A stretch of DNA of 64,000 nt, taken from positions 1 through 64,000 of IMG/VR virus record IMGVR_UViG_3300025875_000011. One strand, written 5' to 3'. Position numbers and translations under genes: made by a program. The notes beneath the pieces were generated by a model. That model saw only the letters and a program-made list of their open reading frames with translations, was not told the DNA's origin and searched no databases. Numbering within the stretch: position 1 is the first letter of the stretch; every line of letters starts with the position of its first letter. This DNA is from a virus (lineage: Duplodnaviria > Caudoviricetes). Below are positions 27,133 to 36,713 of this stretch, in pieces.

Positions 27133-28203
27133 ATGGCTCACGCACTCGAAGTCAACCCGGTCACCGGCCAGGCCTCGGCCATCTTCGGTCACGCGACCAG
27201 CGCCTGGCACCGCCTCGGGACGACGGTCCCGGGAGGGTTCACGGCCGAGGAGGGGATGAAGACGGCCGGCCTCGCCGGGTGGAACGTCCGGAAGCTGCCG
27301 ATCTACCACATGGGCGACGACCCCGACAAGGGTGAGGCCCACGAGATCGACGGCCAGTACGTCACCGTCCGCGACAACCCGTTCGTCGAGGGCCAGGTCG
27401 ACGCCCTCGGGATCGTCGGCGAGATCTACCACCCGTTCCAGAACGAGCAGGGAGCCGAGTTCCTCGACCTGCTCGCCGGTGAGGCCGGGGCCCACTGGGA
27501 CACGATGGGCTCGATCCGGGGAGGGACCCAGACGTTCATGTCGATGTCGCTGCCCGCGCACCTGATGGTCGGCGGGGTCGACCGCCAGGACCTCAACCTG
27601 ACGATCCTCAACTCCCACGACGGCTCGCTCAAGGTGACCCCGATGGTCACCGCCGTCCGGGTCGTCTGCGCGAACACGTTCGACTGGGCCATCCGGAACA
27701 ACGTGGCCTTCGCGTCGCTGCGCCACACGTCGTCGACGTCGGCCAAGGTCGCTGAGGTCCGCGAGGCCCTCGGGGTCACGTTCTCGGCCAAGGACGAGTT
27801 CGCTGCGGAGGCCGAGCGGATGATCCAGGAGACCATGACCAAGGGTCAGTTCGAGAAGAAGATGTTCGGCCCGAGCGGTGTCTACGCCGCCATCGCTCCG
27901 AAGGTCACGGCCGGTCAGTCCGCGAAGAACAACTGGGCCGCGACCCGCGACGGCCTGTTCGACTACTTCCTCGGCGACATCGAGGGGGCCGAGTCGAAGA
28001 TCGGGAAGACGGCGTGGGGTGCCTTCCAGGCCGTGACGTGGATGGAGGACCACAAGCGGAACATCCGGTCGGCCGAGACGGACGCCGAGGGTCGTCAGCG
28101 CGACCGGGCCGAGCGGGCCGTCAGCGGGACCGGGGTCAACCTCAAGAACCGGGCCTGGTCCGCCCTCCGCGTCCCGGAGAAGGGCCAGCTCGTCACCGTC
28201 TGA
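27133..28203 (+). CDS. DUF932 family protein
   Basis: SAWHRLG, GLAGWNV, YHPFQNE, GSIRGG, NSHDGS, RVVCANT, LRHT and TAWGAFQAVT motifs. Confidence 0.9.
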   Translation: MAHALEVNPVTGQASAIFGHATSAWHRLGTTVPGGFTAEEGMKTAGLAGWNVRKLPIYHMGDDPDKGEAHEIDGQYVTVRDNPFVEGQVDALGIVGEIYHPFQNEQGAEFLDLLAGEAGAHWDTMGSIRGGTQTFMSMSLPAHLMVGGVDRQDLNLTILNSHDGSLKVTPMVTAVRVVCANTFDWAIRNNVAFASLRHTSSTSAKVAEVREALGVTFSAKDEFAAEAERMIQETMTKGQFEKKMFGPSGVYAAIAPKVTAGQSAKNNWAATRDGLFDYFLGDIEGAESKIGKTAWGAFQAVTWMEDHKRNIRSAETDAEGRQRDRAERAVSGTGVNLKNRAWSALRVPEKGQLVTV

Positions 28204-28210
28204 CCAGACC

Positions 28211-28239
28211 GGGGGGAGGGGACCGCGACCCCTCCCCCC
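28211..28239 (+). terminator. GC hairpin terminator
   Basis: ggggggagggg-accgcga-cccctcccccc immediately after the DUF932 stop. Confidence 0.6.
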
Positions 28240-28377
28240 TCAGCGCGTCTGTGCGGTCCCGGACCCCCGGACCCATACCCGTACAAGGGTCCGGGGTCCG
28301 GGACCCCCGCAGATCGCTCCGCAGCGTCACCCGTGACCGGGGTCCCCTGGTCACGACACCACCACCACGGAGGAACC

Positions 28378-28824
28378 ATGAAGGACCTGCACATCACGGC
28401 CGGGGAGCTTCGCCCCGAACACCTGGGCCACGACATCATCGTCACGATCCCCGACCTCGGACGTGAGGGCGTCTACCTGACGACCATCACGATCAAGGCC
28501 GCTCCGGGTCGTCGCCTGGACACCCGGGTCGTCGTGGCCGGCCCAGGACGCCATGAGGTGTTCGAGGTCGACCCGGACGCCCCCGTCGAGGTCTTGGGCT
28601 GGGACGAGTCGACCCTGTCCGACAGGGACGCGGTCGACGCTCTGGCGACGCTGCTCGGGACGGCTCCGGACTGGGACGGGGCCGCCGACTTCCTCAGCGA
28701 CATCGCCACGATCCTGAGCCGGACCAGCCGGCCTTCGGTCGACACCGACCCGGACGACTTCCGCCGCGAGTTCCTCAAGGCCACGGGTCGCCCGGTCGTG
28801 AACGCGTTCGACGGGAGCCTGTGA
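28378..28824 (+). CDS. Hypothetical protein
   Basis: CACCACCAC-GGAGGAACC-ATG leader. Confidence 0.75.
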   Translation: MKDLHITAGELRPEHLGHDIIVTIPDLGREGVYLTTITIKAAPGRRLDTRVVVAGPGRHEVFEVDPDAPVEVLGWDESTLSDRDAVDALATLLGTAPDWDGAADFLSDIATILSRTSRPSVDTDPDDFRREFLKATGRPVVNAFDGSL

Positions 28825-29255
28825 TGTTGCCCGACAAGATCGAGACGGGGCTCCACACGACGGCCGACGACCTGGCCCTCAACGTGATCCACGACGCCCT
28901 CGCGGCCGGGAAGATCGTCCGCTACACGGGCTCGGTCGAGAAGGCCCGTGGGTCTCAGGTGCTCGCGATGGAGCGGTGCGAGTTCCACGACGCCCGGGAC
29001 CCGTTCAAGGACTGCTGCCACCGTCAGCAGGCCATCGTGTGGACCAAGGACGCCGAGCTCCGCCACGTCGCCGCGTTCAGCCTCACCGTCGAGGAGTGGG
29101 AGGTCGTGACGTGTGCCAGCTGCGGCGAGAGCGGGCCATGCACGCCGTGGTCGGACTACTACGTCACGCCGTTGCTCGAGGGCGGGGGTCGGGTGTGCGA
29201 GGGGTGCTTCGGACGGCTCGTCCGCGAGCACCTGTCGGGGGACGCCACTGCGTAG
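28821..29255 (+). CDS. Hypothetical protein with C-terminal zinc ribbon
   Basis: CxxC...CxxC; 4-bp overlap with the upstream gene. Confidence 0.7.
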   Translation: MMLPDKIETGLHTTADDLALNVIHDALAAGKIVRYTGSVEKARGSQVLAMERCEFHDARDPFKDCCHRQQAIVWTKDAELRHVAAFSLTVEEWEVVTCASCGESGPCTPWSDYYVTPLLEGGGRVCEGCFGRLVREHLSGDATA

Positions 29256-29323
29256 ACCCGATCCCTGCCTCTCCGCTAGAATGGAACCTGACAGGTTCCA
29301 CCACCACCATGAAAGGCCAGACC

Positions 29324-29617
29324 ATGTGTCAGGACTGCCAGACGCTGTACGGCGTCTCCGGTCACCTCGACGAGCCGACCGCGAGCGAGGTGTCCGACCA
29401 CCAGAACTCCCGCGAGTTCGCCCTGGTCGAGTTGACCGTCAGGACCCTCGCGCTCGCCCTCCGCCTCGAGTTCACCGAGGACCAGACCCGGAAGATCGTC
29501 GAGGCCCTCGTCATGGACGACCGCCGCTTCGACGGACACCACGACCTCACCACAGCTGCCCTCACCCCCGAGCGCGTGCTCGACCAGGTCCGCCTGTTCG
29601 GAGACCTCTCCGGGTAG
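29324..29617 (+). CDS. Hypothetical protein
   Basis: Promoter/leader motif upstream; GC3 bias. Confidence 0.65.
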   Translation: MCQDCQTLYGVSGHLDEPTASEVSDHQNSREFALVELTVRTLALALRLEFTEDQTRKIVEALVMDDRRFDGHHDLTTAALTPERVLDQVRLFGDLSG

Positions 29618-29697
29618 TCGGGGTGGGTCAGGGACCTCCTGCCCTGGCCCGCCCGGTCCACCCGGACCACCACCACCACCAAGATCGGAGCAAGACG

Positions 29698-30747
29698 ATG
29701 GCCACCAAGGTCACCAGCGTGAAGAAGGCCCCCACCAAGGCCACCCCCGTCAAGGCCCCCGGGAAGACGAACCCGGCCCGCGAGTTGAAGGTCCTCAAGG
29801 CCTTCACCGTGAGCCACGACCTCGAGTCGTCGGCGCTGATCACCGCGATCAGCCTCGCGTTCGACAAGCACGGGAAGGTCGCGGTCACGGCCCAGGGAGA
29901 CAAGGCCCTGGACCGGAAGATGCAGCAGCGCGTCCAGTCGATCGGCTACCGGCGCGGGTACAACTTCAACCTGTCGACGGCCGTCACGGACACCCACGTC
30001 GTCGCGTGCCCGAAGAACCCCGAGGTGGCCAAGAGCGAGGTCCAGGCCCCGGCCACCCCCCGCGCTCCGAAGGCCGCGGCCGAGAAGAAGACCCCGGCCC
30101 GGAAGATCGCGGACGACATCGCCAAGAAGATCGTCGCGGACCCCAAGGCCCGGGCCGCGGTCGAGAAGGCCGCGAAGACGGTCAAGGGGTCGACGACGAG
30201 GAAGGCCACCGTGAAGCGTCGGACGCCGGCCCAGGACGCCTACGACCGGACGTTCGCCGCGAAGGACGCGGAGATCAAGGCCCAGGCCGAGGCCGACCAG
30301 AAGGCCCAGGAGTCCGCGATCGCCAAGCTCCGGGCCGACAAGGAGGCCGAGGCCGCGGAGAGCGGGACGACCCCGGCCGACCTGGAGGTCCCGGCCGACC
30401 TGGCCGCGAAGATGGCCGCGAACCTCGTGGCCGACCAGGAGCGGATCGCTCGGGAGGAGGCCGGCGCTCCGGCCGACATCGTGATCGGCGGGACCACGGT
30501 CCTCGCGGTGGTCGCCCCGGACCACGACGAGCAGGTCCGGGCCGGTGTCCTCGCGGTGGGGGAGGCCCTCGTGAAGAGCGACGTCGCGCCGACCGACGGC
30601 CTGCGGATCGGTGTGCGCGGGAAGGACCCGGTGATCGAGACGAACTACGGCCTCGCGCTGGGCCAGCCGTTCAAGGGTCGGGCAGTCGCGGACGACGTGC
30701 TCCGCGAGATCGACCGGCTCCGCGTGGAGGCCACCACCGAGGCCTGA
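29698..30747 (+). CDS. K/A-rich protein, paralogue of 23668-24297
   Basis: Core RKMQQRVQSIGYRRGYNFNL; histone-like K/A/P region; coiled coil. Confidence 0.8.
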   Translation: MATKVTSVKKAPTKATPVKAPGKTNPARELKVLKAFTVSHDLESSALITAISLAFDKHGKVAVTAQGDKALDRKMQQRVQSIGYRRGYNFNLSTAVTDTHVVACPKNPEVAKSEVQAPATPRAPKAAAEKKTPARKIADDIAKKIVADPKARAAVEKAAKTVKGSTTRKATVKRRTPAQDAYDRTFAAKDAEIKAQAEADQKAQESAIAKLRADKEAEAAESGTTPADLEVPADLAAKMAANLVADQERIAREEAGAPADIVIGGTTVLAVVAPDHDEQVRAGVLAVGEALVKSDVAPTDGLRIGVRGKDPVIETNYGLALGQPFKGRAVADDVLREIDRLRVEATTEA

Positions 30748-30872
30748 GCGGTCAGGGTGGCGTCCGGGACCTTCCCCCCGGACGTCGCCTGGTCCGCTCA
30801 GACGTTGGACCCCGGTCTAGCCGTTCCGCTAGACTTGATCTGTCAGACCACCACCACCGAAGGGACCAGTCC

Positions 30873-31754
30873 ATGCCTCACACCCCCGGGGATCTCCTCC
30901 CCCTGTCTGCCCTCGTCGACGTCACGGAGGCCGAGGGGTTCTTCGTCGGCCTCGACTTCCAGGCCGAGAACGCTCAGTGGCGCGTCTACCACAACCCGTG
31001 CGCGACCGACCTGTCCAGCCTCGACTACGACAACGACCTCGGGTCGGTGTTCCGGGCCATGATCGCCCACAGCTGCCCCCCGCCGCTGTCCCAGATCGAG
31101 GCCCTGAACTGGGCCATCTTCGCGGTCAACAACCACACCGACCCCGACGCCTCCGAGGAGGAGGACGTGGTCCGGATGGAAGACAAGGCCGAGGAGGTCC
31201 TCGCGGCCTTGACCCGTCTCCGCGACTACGTCGTGGCGTCCGGGGAGGACCTGCCCGACTGGGTCCTCACCGGCGACACCGCGAAGGACGACGACCCCGA
31301 CGGGACGGTGGTCCACGACGCCGTGAGGCCGCTGTCGGACTTCGCCATCCACATCGGCCTGATCCCCGAGGCCGGCCAGGACGGGCCCGCGTACCTGTGG
31401 AACCGCGCGCCCGGTGTGGCCGCGTTCAAGGTCGACGGCTCCCAGGAGGACCAGAACCTCCACAGCCTCCCCGGCGCGTACATCAACGGTGACTGGCTCC
31501 AGTGGGGTGAGTACGCCGAGAACGGGACGACGCACGTCGTCTACGACATCCCGGCCAACCCGTGGACCGACAACATGAGCGACCTGCTCGCTGGCCTGCT
31601 CTCCTGGGTCAAGGGCCGGATGGTCGGCCGTCTCAGCGACGTCGCCTACATCACCGAGAAGGACAGCCACGACACCACGGTCGGATCGGTCTACGTCGGC
31701 GGGACGGACCCGAACCTCGACGTGGTGAACCCGAAGGACTGGCGGACCCGCTGA
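30873..31754 (+). CDS. Acidic hypothetical protein
   Basis: 293 aa, promoter/leader motif, GC3 bias. Confidence 0.75.
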   Translation: MPHTPGDLLPLSALVDVTEAEGFFVGLDFQAENAQWRVYHNPCATDLSSLDYDNDLGSVFRAMIAHSCPPPLSQIEALNWAIFAVNNHTDPDASEEEDVVRMEDKAEEVLAALTRLRDYVVASGEDLPDWVLTGDTAKDDDPDGTVVHDAVRPLSDFAIHIGLIPEAGQDGPAYLWNRAPGVAAFKVDGSQEDQNLHSLPGAYINGDWLQWGEYAENGTTHVVYDIPANPWTDNMSDLLAGLLSWVKGRMVGRLSDVAYITEKDSHDTTVGSVYVGGTDPNLDVVNPKDWRTR

Positions 31755-31931
31755 GGTAGCGAGGGAGGGGACCTCAGACCGGGGTCCCCTCCCTCGCTCC
31801 CTGGTCCGCTCCCTGACGAACGGACCCCGGACCTAGTACCTAGTACCCCCGGGACCTCCGGGTCCCGCAGATCGCAACGTCGTCCCCCGCAGGAGGGGGA
31901 CGATTCCACCACCACGGAAGGAACCACCACG

Positions 31932-32504
31932 ATGAGCACGAAAACGCGACGACGGGTCGCCAGCTTCACCACAAAGGCCCGAGCCCTCCTCGACGCAGCC
32001 GACTGGCCCGAGGGGGTCAAGGTCATCGTCGACAGCCAGACCGGCGGTGACGCCATCCACGTCTACCAGGAGGGCGGCGGTGGCCGGTGCTTCTGGTACC
32101 TCGACGCCCGGTACCTGGAGTCGGCCGACCCGGCCGAGGTCCGGGCCACCGCGATCCGTCGCCTCGAGTCTCAGGGCCGTGACCCGAAGTACAGCGAGAA
32201 GTCGCGGGCCGAGGACCTCGCGCTGGCCGCGCTCTTGAAGGGCCCGGTCCAGCCGGTGTTCACGACGCGGGCGACCGTGACGAGCGGCGAGGTCGACGGG
32301 ATCGTGGTCATGGTCAACGGCCACGACCTCCTCGGCGTGTTCCCCAGCCTCGACGTCCCCGACTCCCCCTGGAGCCTCGGCTACTGGGACGCTTCCTCGG
32401 GAGAGTGGGTCGACGCCGACTACGACGGTGACTTCTGCGCCCAGCTGGTCAAGTACCTGGCGCTGGGTGAGGAGACGTTCACCGTGGGGGAGGGGCCGTC
32501 GTGA
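31932..32504 (+). CDS. Hypothetical protein
   Basis: Leader motif and SD. Confidence 0.75.
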   Translation: MSTKTRRRVASFTTKARALLDAADWPEGVKVIVDSQTGGDAIHVYQEGGGGRCFWYLDARYLESADPAEVRATAIRRLESQGRDPKYSEKSRAEDLALAALLKGPVQPVFTTRATVTSGEVDGIVVMVNGHDLLGVFPSLDVPDSPWSLGYWDASSGEWVDADYDGDFCAQLVKYLALGEETFTVGEGPS

Positions 32505-32737
32505 CGAGCCTGCTGGACCTCCGCCCGGTCTACTCGCTGGCCGAGCTCGCCGAGGAACTTCGCTGGCGGGTCGAGGAGGCCGAACAGGAGATCGTCCGGC
32601 TCACGTTCCCGGGTGAGACCCTGCCGGGGATGAGCAAGCGGCCGACGCGGGGTCAGGTGGCCCGCTACACCGCCGTGCTGGAGACGAAGATCGACGCGTG
32701 GCGAGACGTCCTCGCCGCGATGGGACAGGAGACGTGA
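32501..32737 (+). CDS. Hypothetical protein
   Basis: 78 aa, overlapping start/stop. Confidence 0.65.
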   Translation: MTSLLDLRPVYSLAELAEELRWRVEEAEQEIVRLTFPGETLPGMSKRPTRGQVARYTAVLETKIDAWRDVLAAMGQET

Positions 32738-33033
32738 TGGAGCGGACCCGTGAACAGCGCCTGGAGTTCCTGGCCCTGAGTCCGGAGCAGGTGCGGGTGA
32801 GGGACCAGGAGAACCGGGAACAGCGAGAGGCTCAGCGGGTCCTCACGCTGGACCAGGACGGGGCCGTGTGTCAGCGTCCGGGGTGTTCCCACAAGCGGGT
32901 CAGCCACGGTTCGTTCGACCCGGCCGGCCAGTTCGTCGGGATCGGCCTGGGTCGGTGCGGCGCGGACGGTCCTGACCACGACACCTGTCCGTGCCGCGAG
33001 TTCAGGACCCTGGCTCCGGTACCCGTAGCCTGA
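32737..33033 (+). CDS. Hypothetical Cys/His protein
   Basis: CQRPGCSHKRVSH...C...CPC; overlapping start. Confidence 0.65.
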   Translation: MERTREQRLEFLALSPEQVRVRDQENREQREAQRVLTLDQDGAVCQRPGCSHKRVSHGSFDPAGQFVGIGLGRCGADGPDHDTCPCREFRTLAPVPVA

Positions 33034-33086
33034 CGCGGGTCCGGAAGGGGGCCACCGATCCTTGGGGGAGCGGTGGCTCCTTCTGG

Positions 33087-33641
33087 CTATCCGGACGCAG
33101 CAGCGCGGAGTTTGGCCAGGGCCCGGTGGTGAGCGACCCGGACAGCGTTCTCCTTCATCCCGAGCCGCTCCCCCACCTCGCTGGCGCTCAGTCCGTGGGC
33201 TCGGAGCATCACGATCCGACCGGCCTGCTCGGGGAGCGCCGCGACGAGGACCAGCGCGGCGTCGAGATCTTGGCGGACTTCTAACAGCGCCTCCGGAGAC
33301 GGATCGTGGCTCGTCTGGTCGGGCAGCTGGTCGACGACGTGGAACGGGGTCCGCGAGTAGGCCCGTTGCGCGTCCCGGACCTTGTTCGAGGCGATCGCGT
33401 AGACGAACGCGCCGAACGGGGAGCCGCGGTCGTCCCAGTGGGGGAGCGCGGCTGCGACCGCGACGCACACCTCCTGGGTCACGTCCTCTGCCGCTTCTCC
33501 CCCGCCGGCGTACGTCGCCAGCCGGGTCCGGGCGTAGCGGTGGACGGCCCTCCTCACAGCGCCCAGCAGGTCGTCGAGGGCGGCGGTGTCTCCGTGTTGG
33601 GCGTCGTGGACGAGGGAGCCGTCGTCCATGCTGGCGGTCAT
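33087..33641 (-). CDS. ECF sigma factor, SigD/ShbA-like
   Basis: Region 2 (AAEDVTQEVCVAV...PFGAFVYAIASNKVRDAQR) and region 4 (LSASEVGERLGMKENAVRVAHHRALAKLR). Confidence 0.92.
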   Translation of the reverse strand: MTASMDDGSLVHDAQHGDTAALDDLLGAVRRAVHRYARTRLATYAGGGEAAEDVTQEVCVAVAAALPHWDDRGSPFGAFVYAIASNKVRDAQRAYSRTPFHVVDQLPDQTSHDPSPEALLEVRQDLDAALVLVAALPEQAGRIVMLRAHGLSASEVGERLGMKENAVRVAHHRALAKLRAAASG

Positions 33642-33655
33642 AGGTCACCTCCGGG

Positions 33656-34012
33656 TCAGGACTGCGCGGCGACAGCCCCTCCGGGGGTGTCGTGGGCGGT
33701 CCACTTCATGTGGCACGACTGGCACAGGCCGCGGCCGTACTGGGGGTCGTTCGGGTCGAGCCCATCAGCGACGAGCTGCCTCCTCGTCTTCGGGTAGTGG
33801 TCAGCGTGTCGAGCGCGTTGCCCGCACACACACCACGGGGTCCGCAGGAGGACCGGACCCCGAAACCTGGACTCATGGTCGGACCCGTACCCGCGCGCGT
33901 CTGCGGACCCCCTGACGCGCTCCGCAGCAGACCGGTGTCGGGGACAGCGTCCCGCTATGGTCCCCACCTCCGTGCAGCCCGGTGTGGAGCACACCTTCCG
34001 CGACGTCGGCAT
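33656..34012 (-). CDS. HNH endonuclease (terminase-associated gp74-like)
   Basis: CSTPGC...RGSADARGYG...CVC...HADH...GLCQSCH. Confidence 0.88.
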   Translation of the reverse strand: MPTSRKVCSTPGCTEVGTIAGRCPRHRSAAERVRGSADARGYGSDHESRFRGPVLLRTPWCVCGQRARHADHYPKTRRQLVADGLDPNDPQYGRGLCQSCHMKWTAHDTPGGAVAAQS

Positions 34013-34413
34013 CAGCGGCCGACCGGCCAGCCCATCATCCGGTACCAGGCCTCGGCCTGGTCGTTGAGGACCGCGCCGCATTCGCGGCACCACACGCGAG
34101 CGAGGTAGCGGCCGAGCGTCATGATCTCGTGGGACTCGTCGCGGATGCGGATGGTCTGGACCAGGAACGGCCACTTCGTGACGCCGCCGTGGGTGACGAC
34201 CCACGACTGGACCCACGCTCGCGCGCCGTCGCGGGTCGGCCCGTCTTCCCGGTCGGGGGCGTGGACTCCCTCGAGGCGGAGGGACACGTCCTGCTTGGCC
34301 CGGTCGTGACGGTCCAGCTGGAGCCACAGGGTGTCGCCGTCGGTGACCGGCTCGGTGAAGTCGCGGCGGTCGGGGAGCCTCGCTGGTGCGATGAACAGGA
34401 ACGGCTCAACCAT
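34012..34413 (-). CDS. Thermonuclease (SNase) family protein
   Basis: TDGDTLWL, LRLEGVHAPD and LGRYLARVW motifs. Confidence 0.82.
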   Translation of the reverse strand: MVEPFLFIAPARLPDRRDFTEPVTDGDTLWLQLDRHDRAKQDVSLRLEGVHAPDREDGPTRDGARAWVQSWVVTHGGVTKWPFLVQTIRIRDESHEIMTLGRYLARVWCRECGAVLNDQAEAWYRMMGWPVGR

Positions 34414-34522
34414 CAGACCCTCGGAAGGTTCGGGGACAGCCACGCGGGGGGAGGTCCGGGGCGACCAACGTGGCTGTCCGGTGCCCAGTATCCACAGACC
34501 GGCCGGGGTGCGGCGGTGAGGT

Positions 34523-35527
34523 TCACGGTGTGTCCTCGTCGGGGACGCGGCGGTACTGGTCGCGTCTCATGGCCCACACGTCGCGGAGCCGGTAGTGCCA
34601 CTGGTAGTTCGCGACGAGGACGCCGTCGCGCCAGCGGGGCCGGTTCAGCGACTCGCGGGGGAGACCGTCGCGGGCGATCAGGTTGTCGAAGGCGTGCTTC
34701 GACAGCGGCTCGCCGGCCACCATCAGCATCTTGGTGATCTCGGAGTACGTGTGCCACTCGTCTTGAGCGGCGAGGACCTGGGTCCGCTGGTGCTCGACCA
34801 GCTCGGCGCGGTACCCGCAGCGGCGGCACCGGACGTACTCCCCCGGCGACACGCGCTCCTGACGCAGCGGGACCCGGCACGGCTGGCCGTCTTCGGTCTT
34901 CCCCGGGCACGGCCCGTACTCGAACAGGGTCGGGGGCCGGTCGATCACCCGGTGGGCCCGTGATGCGGCCGCGGTGACGTCGGCCATCTTCACGACCACG
35001 TCGGGGTCGCGGACTAGGCGGGCCCAGTCGTCGAGCCAGAAGCGGGCCACGACGTGAGGGGTCCCTCCCAGCGCCTGGTGGAGAGCGACGAGCGCGGCCG
35101 ACGCACCCTCGGACCAGTCGAGGGAGGCTTCGTCGGGGTCGGACTCCTTCGGCGCGCCCTGGTCGAGGAACTCGACCTGCTTGGTGAAGGCCACCTCGAG
35201 CTCGGCGACGAGGAGCGGCACGTCAGCGACGACGGCGCGGAACTCGCCCTCGCACACCGAGCAGATCCACCGGTCGTCGCTGTGGCCGTGGTCGCACACC
35301 AGGGTCCCGGCCGGGTCGATACGCCAGTCCGGGCTGAGCGGGTCCCTCGCCGTGTGGATCCGGCCGGGGTAGTCCATCGCCAGCGGAACAGTCGGTGGTG
35401 GTGGGGGTGGAGGTTCGGCCGGGTGAGACGCGGCGTAGTTGGCCGACGCTGGCCGGGGTGACGAGTCGCAGTGGAAGCACGTCGCCCGGGGGAGGTCGGT
35501 GATCGGACAGTACGAGAAGTCAGGCAC
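34523..35527 (-). CDS. Zinc-binding / C-terminal HTH phage protein (putative transcription regulator)
   Basis: Several CxxC pairs, C-terminal helix-turn-helix-like segment; position next to the packaging HNH. Confidence 0.6.
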   Translation of the reverse strand: MPDFSYCPITDLPRATCFHCDSSPRPASANYAASHPAEPPPPPPPTVPLAMDYPGRIHTARDPLSPDWRIDPAGTLVCDHGHSDDRWICSVCEGEFRAVVADVPLLVAELEVAFTKQVEFLDQGAPKESDPDEASLDWSEGASAALVALHQALGGTPHVVARFWLDDWARLVRDPDVVVKMADVTAAASRAHRVIDRPPTLFEYGPCPGKTEDGQPCRVPLRQERVSPGEYVRCRRCGYRAELVEHQRTQVLAAQDEWHTYSEITKMLMVAGEPLSKHAFDNLIARDGLPRESLNRPRWRDGVLVANYQWHYRLRDVWAMRRDQYRRVPDEDTP

Positions 35528-35793
35528 CCGACACCGGACGCCCCTTTACGCTCGACACGCGGCGAGAGTAACCGGTGGGGCTGGAGTTGTCACAGGTCGA
35601 ACGCATCCGTGGGCGAACTTCACCCGAACGGGTGACCCAGGGCTGGTCGACGCTCCTACCGCTGAGGATTATCCCTGGCCCTGGGTCGTGACGCCGTCCG
35701 TCTCTCCGCCCATCCCCGGTGCGGCTCCGGATCTTGTGGACTAGCGACGGCCGGCGTCGGCCGACACCCTAACAGCGCCTCGGTCGGGGAACC

Positions 35794-36141
35794 TTAGCGG
35801 CGGCGAGGGAAGTCCGGGGTGACCGGACCGATCCCGCCGATGGTCGGGTACGACGGCCTCGGGGTGAGGGGCATGGAGAACCCGCACGGGGCCGACAGGT
35901 CGATCTCTTCGGGGTCGTCGAGGGTGGCCCGGTAGTCGCGGTTCCCGACACACACCGCCACCCACCCGCTCAACGCGACACCAACGCCGTAGGTCACGGG
36001 GCCCGGGCCGGGGACGACGACCTCCACCTCGTACGGGTGGAGACGGCCGGCCTGGCACGCGGGACACAGCGGCTGGCCGGTGTCGTACCCGCCGTTCAGG
36101 GGACGCAGCGAGTCCAGCGGTACGGCTCTGGTCCCGTTCAC
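35794..36141 (-). CDS. Hypothetical zinc-ribbon protein
   Basis: CPAC...C...C; 4-bp overlap with the upstream gene. Confidence 0.6.
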   Translation of the reverse strand: MNGTRAVPLDSLRPLNGGYDTGQPLCPACQAGRLHPYEVEVVVPGPGPVTYGVGVALSGWVAVCVGNRDYRATLDDPEEIDLSAPCGFSMPLTPRPSYPTIGGIGPVTPDFPRRR

Positions 36142-36392
36142 TGTCCTGCCTCCCTCACCAGTCGCCGCACGTTGTCCGCTCCGATCCCCTGACCCTTCCA
36201 GTCCCCCGGTCCCCACCCCAGGTGGGCGAGCTCGGCCTGGACCGCGCTCGCGGCCTTCGGAGCGGACCCCATGCGCTGAGCGAGCCGGATCATCGCGGGG
36301 TCTCGAACCGTCTCGAGTTCGGCTTGCGCCCGTAGGTACCGGTCCATCGCCTGCGCGGCGATCATCGCGTCCCTCTGGGCGTCGTCATCCAC
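36138..36392 (-). CDS. Hypothetical protein
   Basis: 84 aa helical, in operon. Confidence 0.6.
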   Translation of the reverse strand: MDDDAQRDAMIAAQAMDRYLRAQAELETVRDPAMIRLAQRMGSAPKAASAVQAELAHLGWGPGDWKGQGIGADNVRRLVREAGQ

Positions 36393-36395
36393 GCC

Positions 36396-36713
36396 TCACA
36401 ACCCTAGGGCGTTGAACAGTCCGAAGCCCCCGGTGAGGATGAAGACGACGAGGAGCACGGCCAGCTCGGACACGATGAACATCTGGCCCCAGATGATCCA
36501 CAGCGGCTTCTCGTCGAAACTCATCGGCCGGGGAGACACGGGGAGCCCGCTCGGGTCGTACACCTGGACCTGCCCGCCGACGACGGCCTGGGACTGGCCG
36601 TACTGGTTGATCATCCCGTCGGGCCGGTGGGCGTACTTCAACGTGACCCTGGTGGCCACCCACATCGCGGCCAGTGTTCCCAGGCCGAGGAGGACCTGAT
36701 AGAGCGTGTTCAT
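36396..36713 (-). CDS. Two-TM membrane protein
   Basis: N- and C-terminal hydrophobic helices; 4-bp overlap with the hydrolase gene. Confidence 0.75.
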   Translation of the reverse strand: MNTLYQVLLGLGTLAAMWVATRVTLKYAHRPDGMINQYGQSQAVVGGQVQVYDPSGLPVSPRPMSFDEKPLWIIWGQMFIVSELAVLLVVFILTGGFGLFNALGL

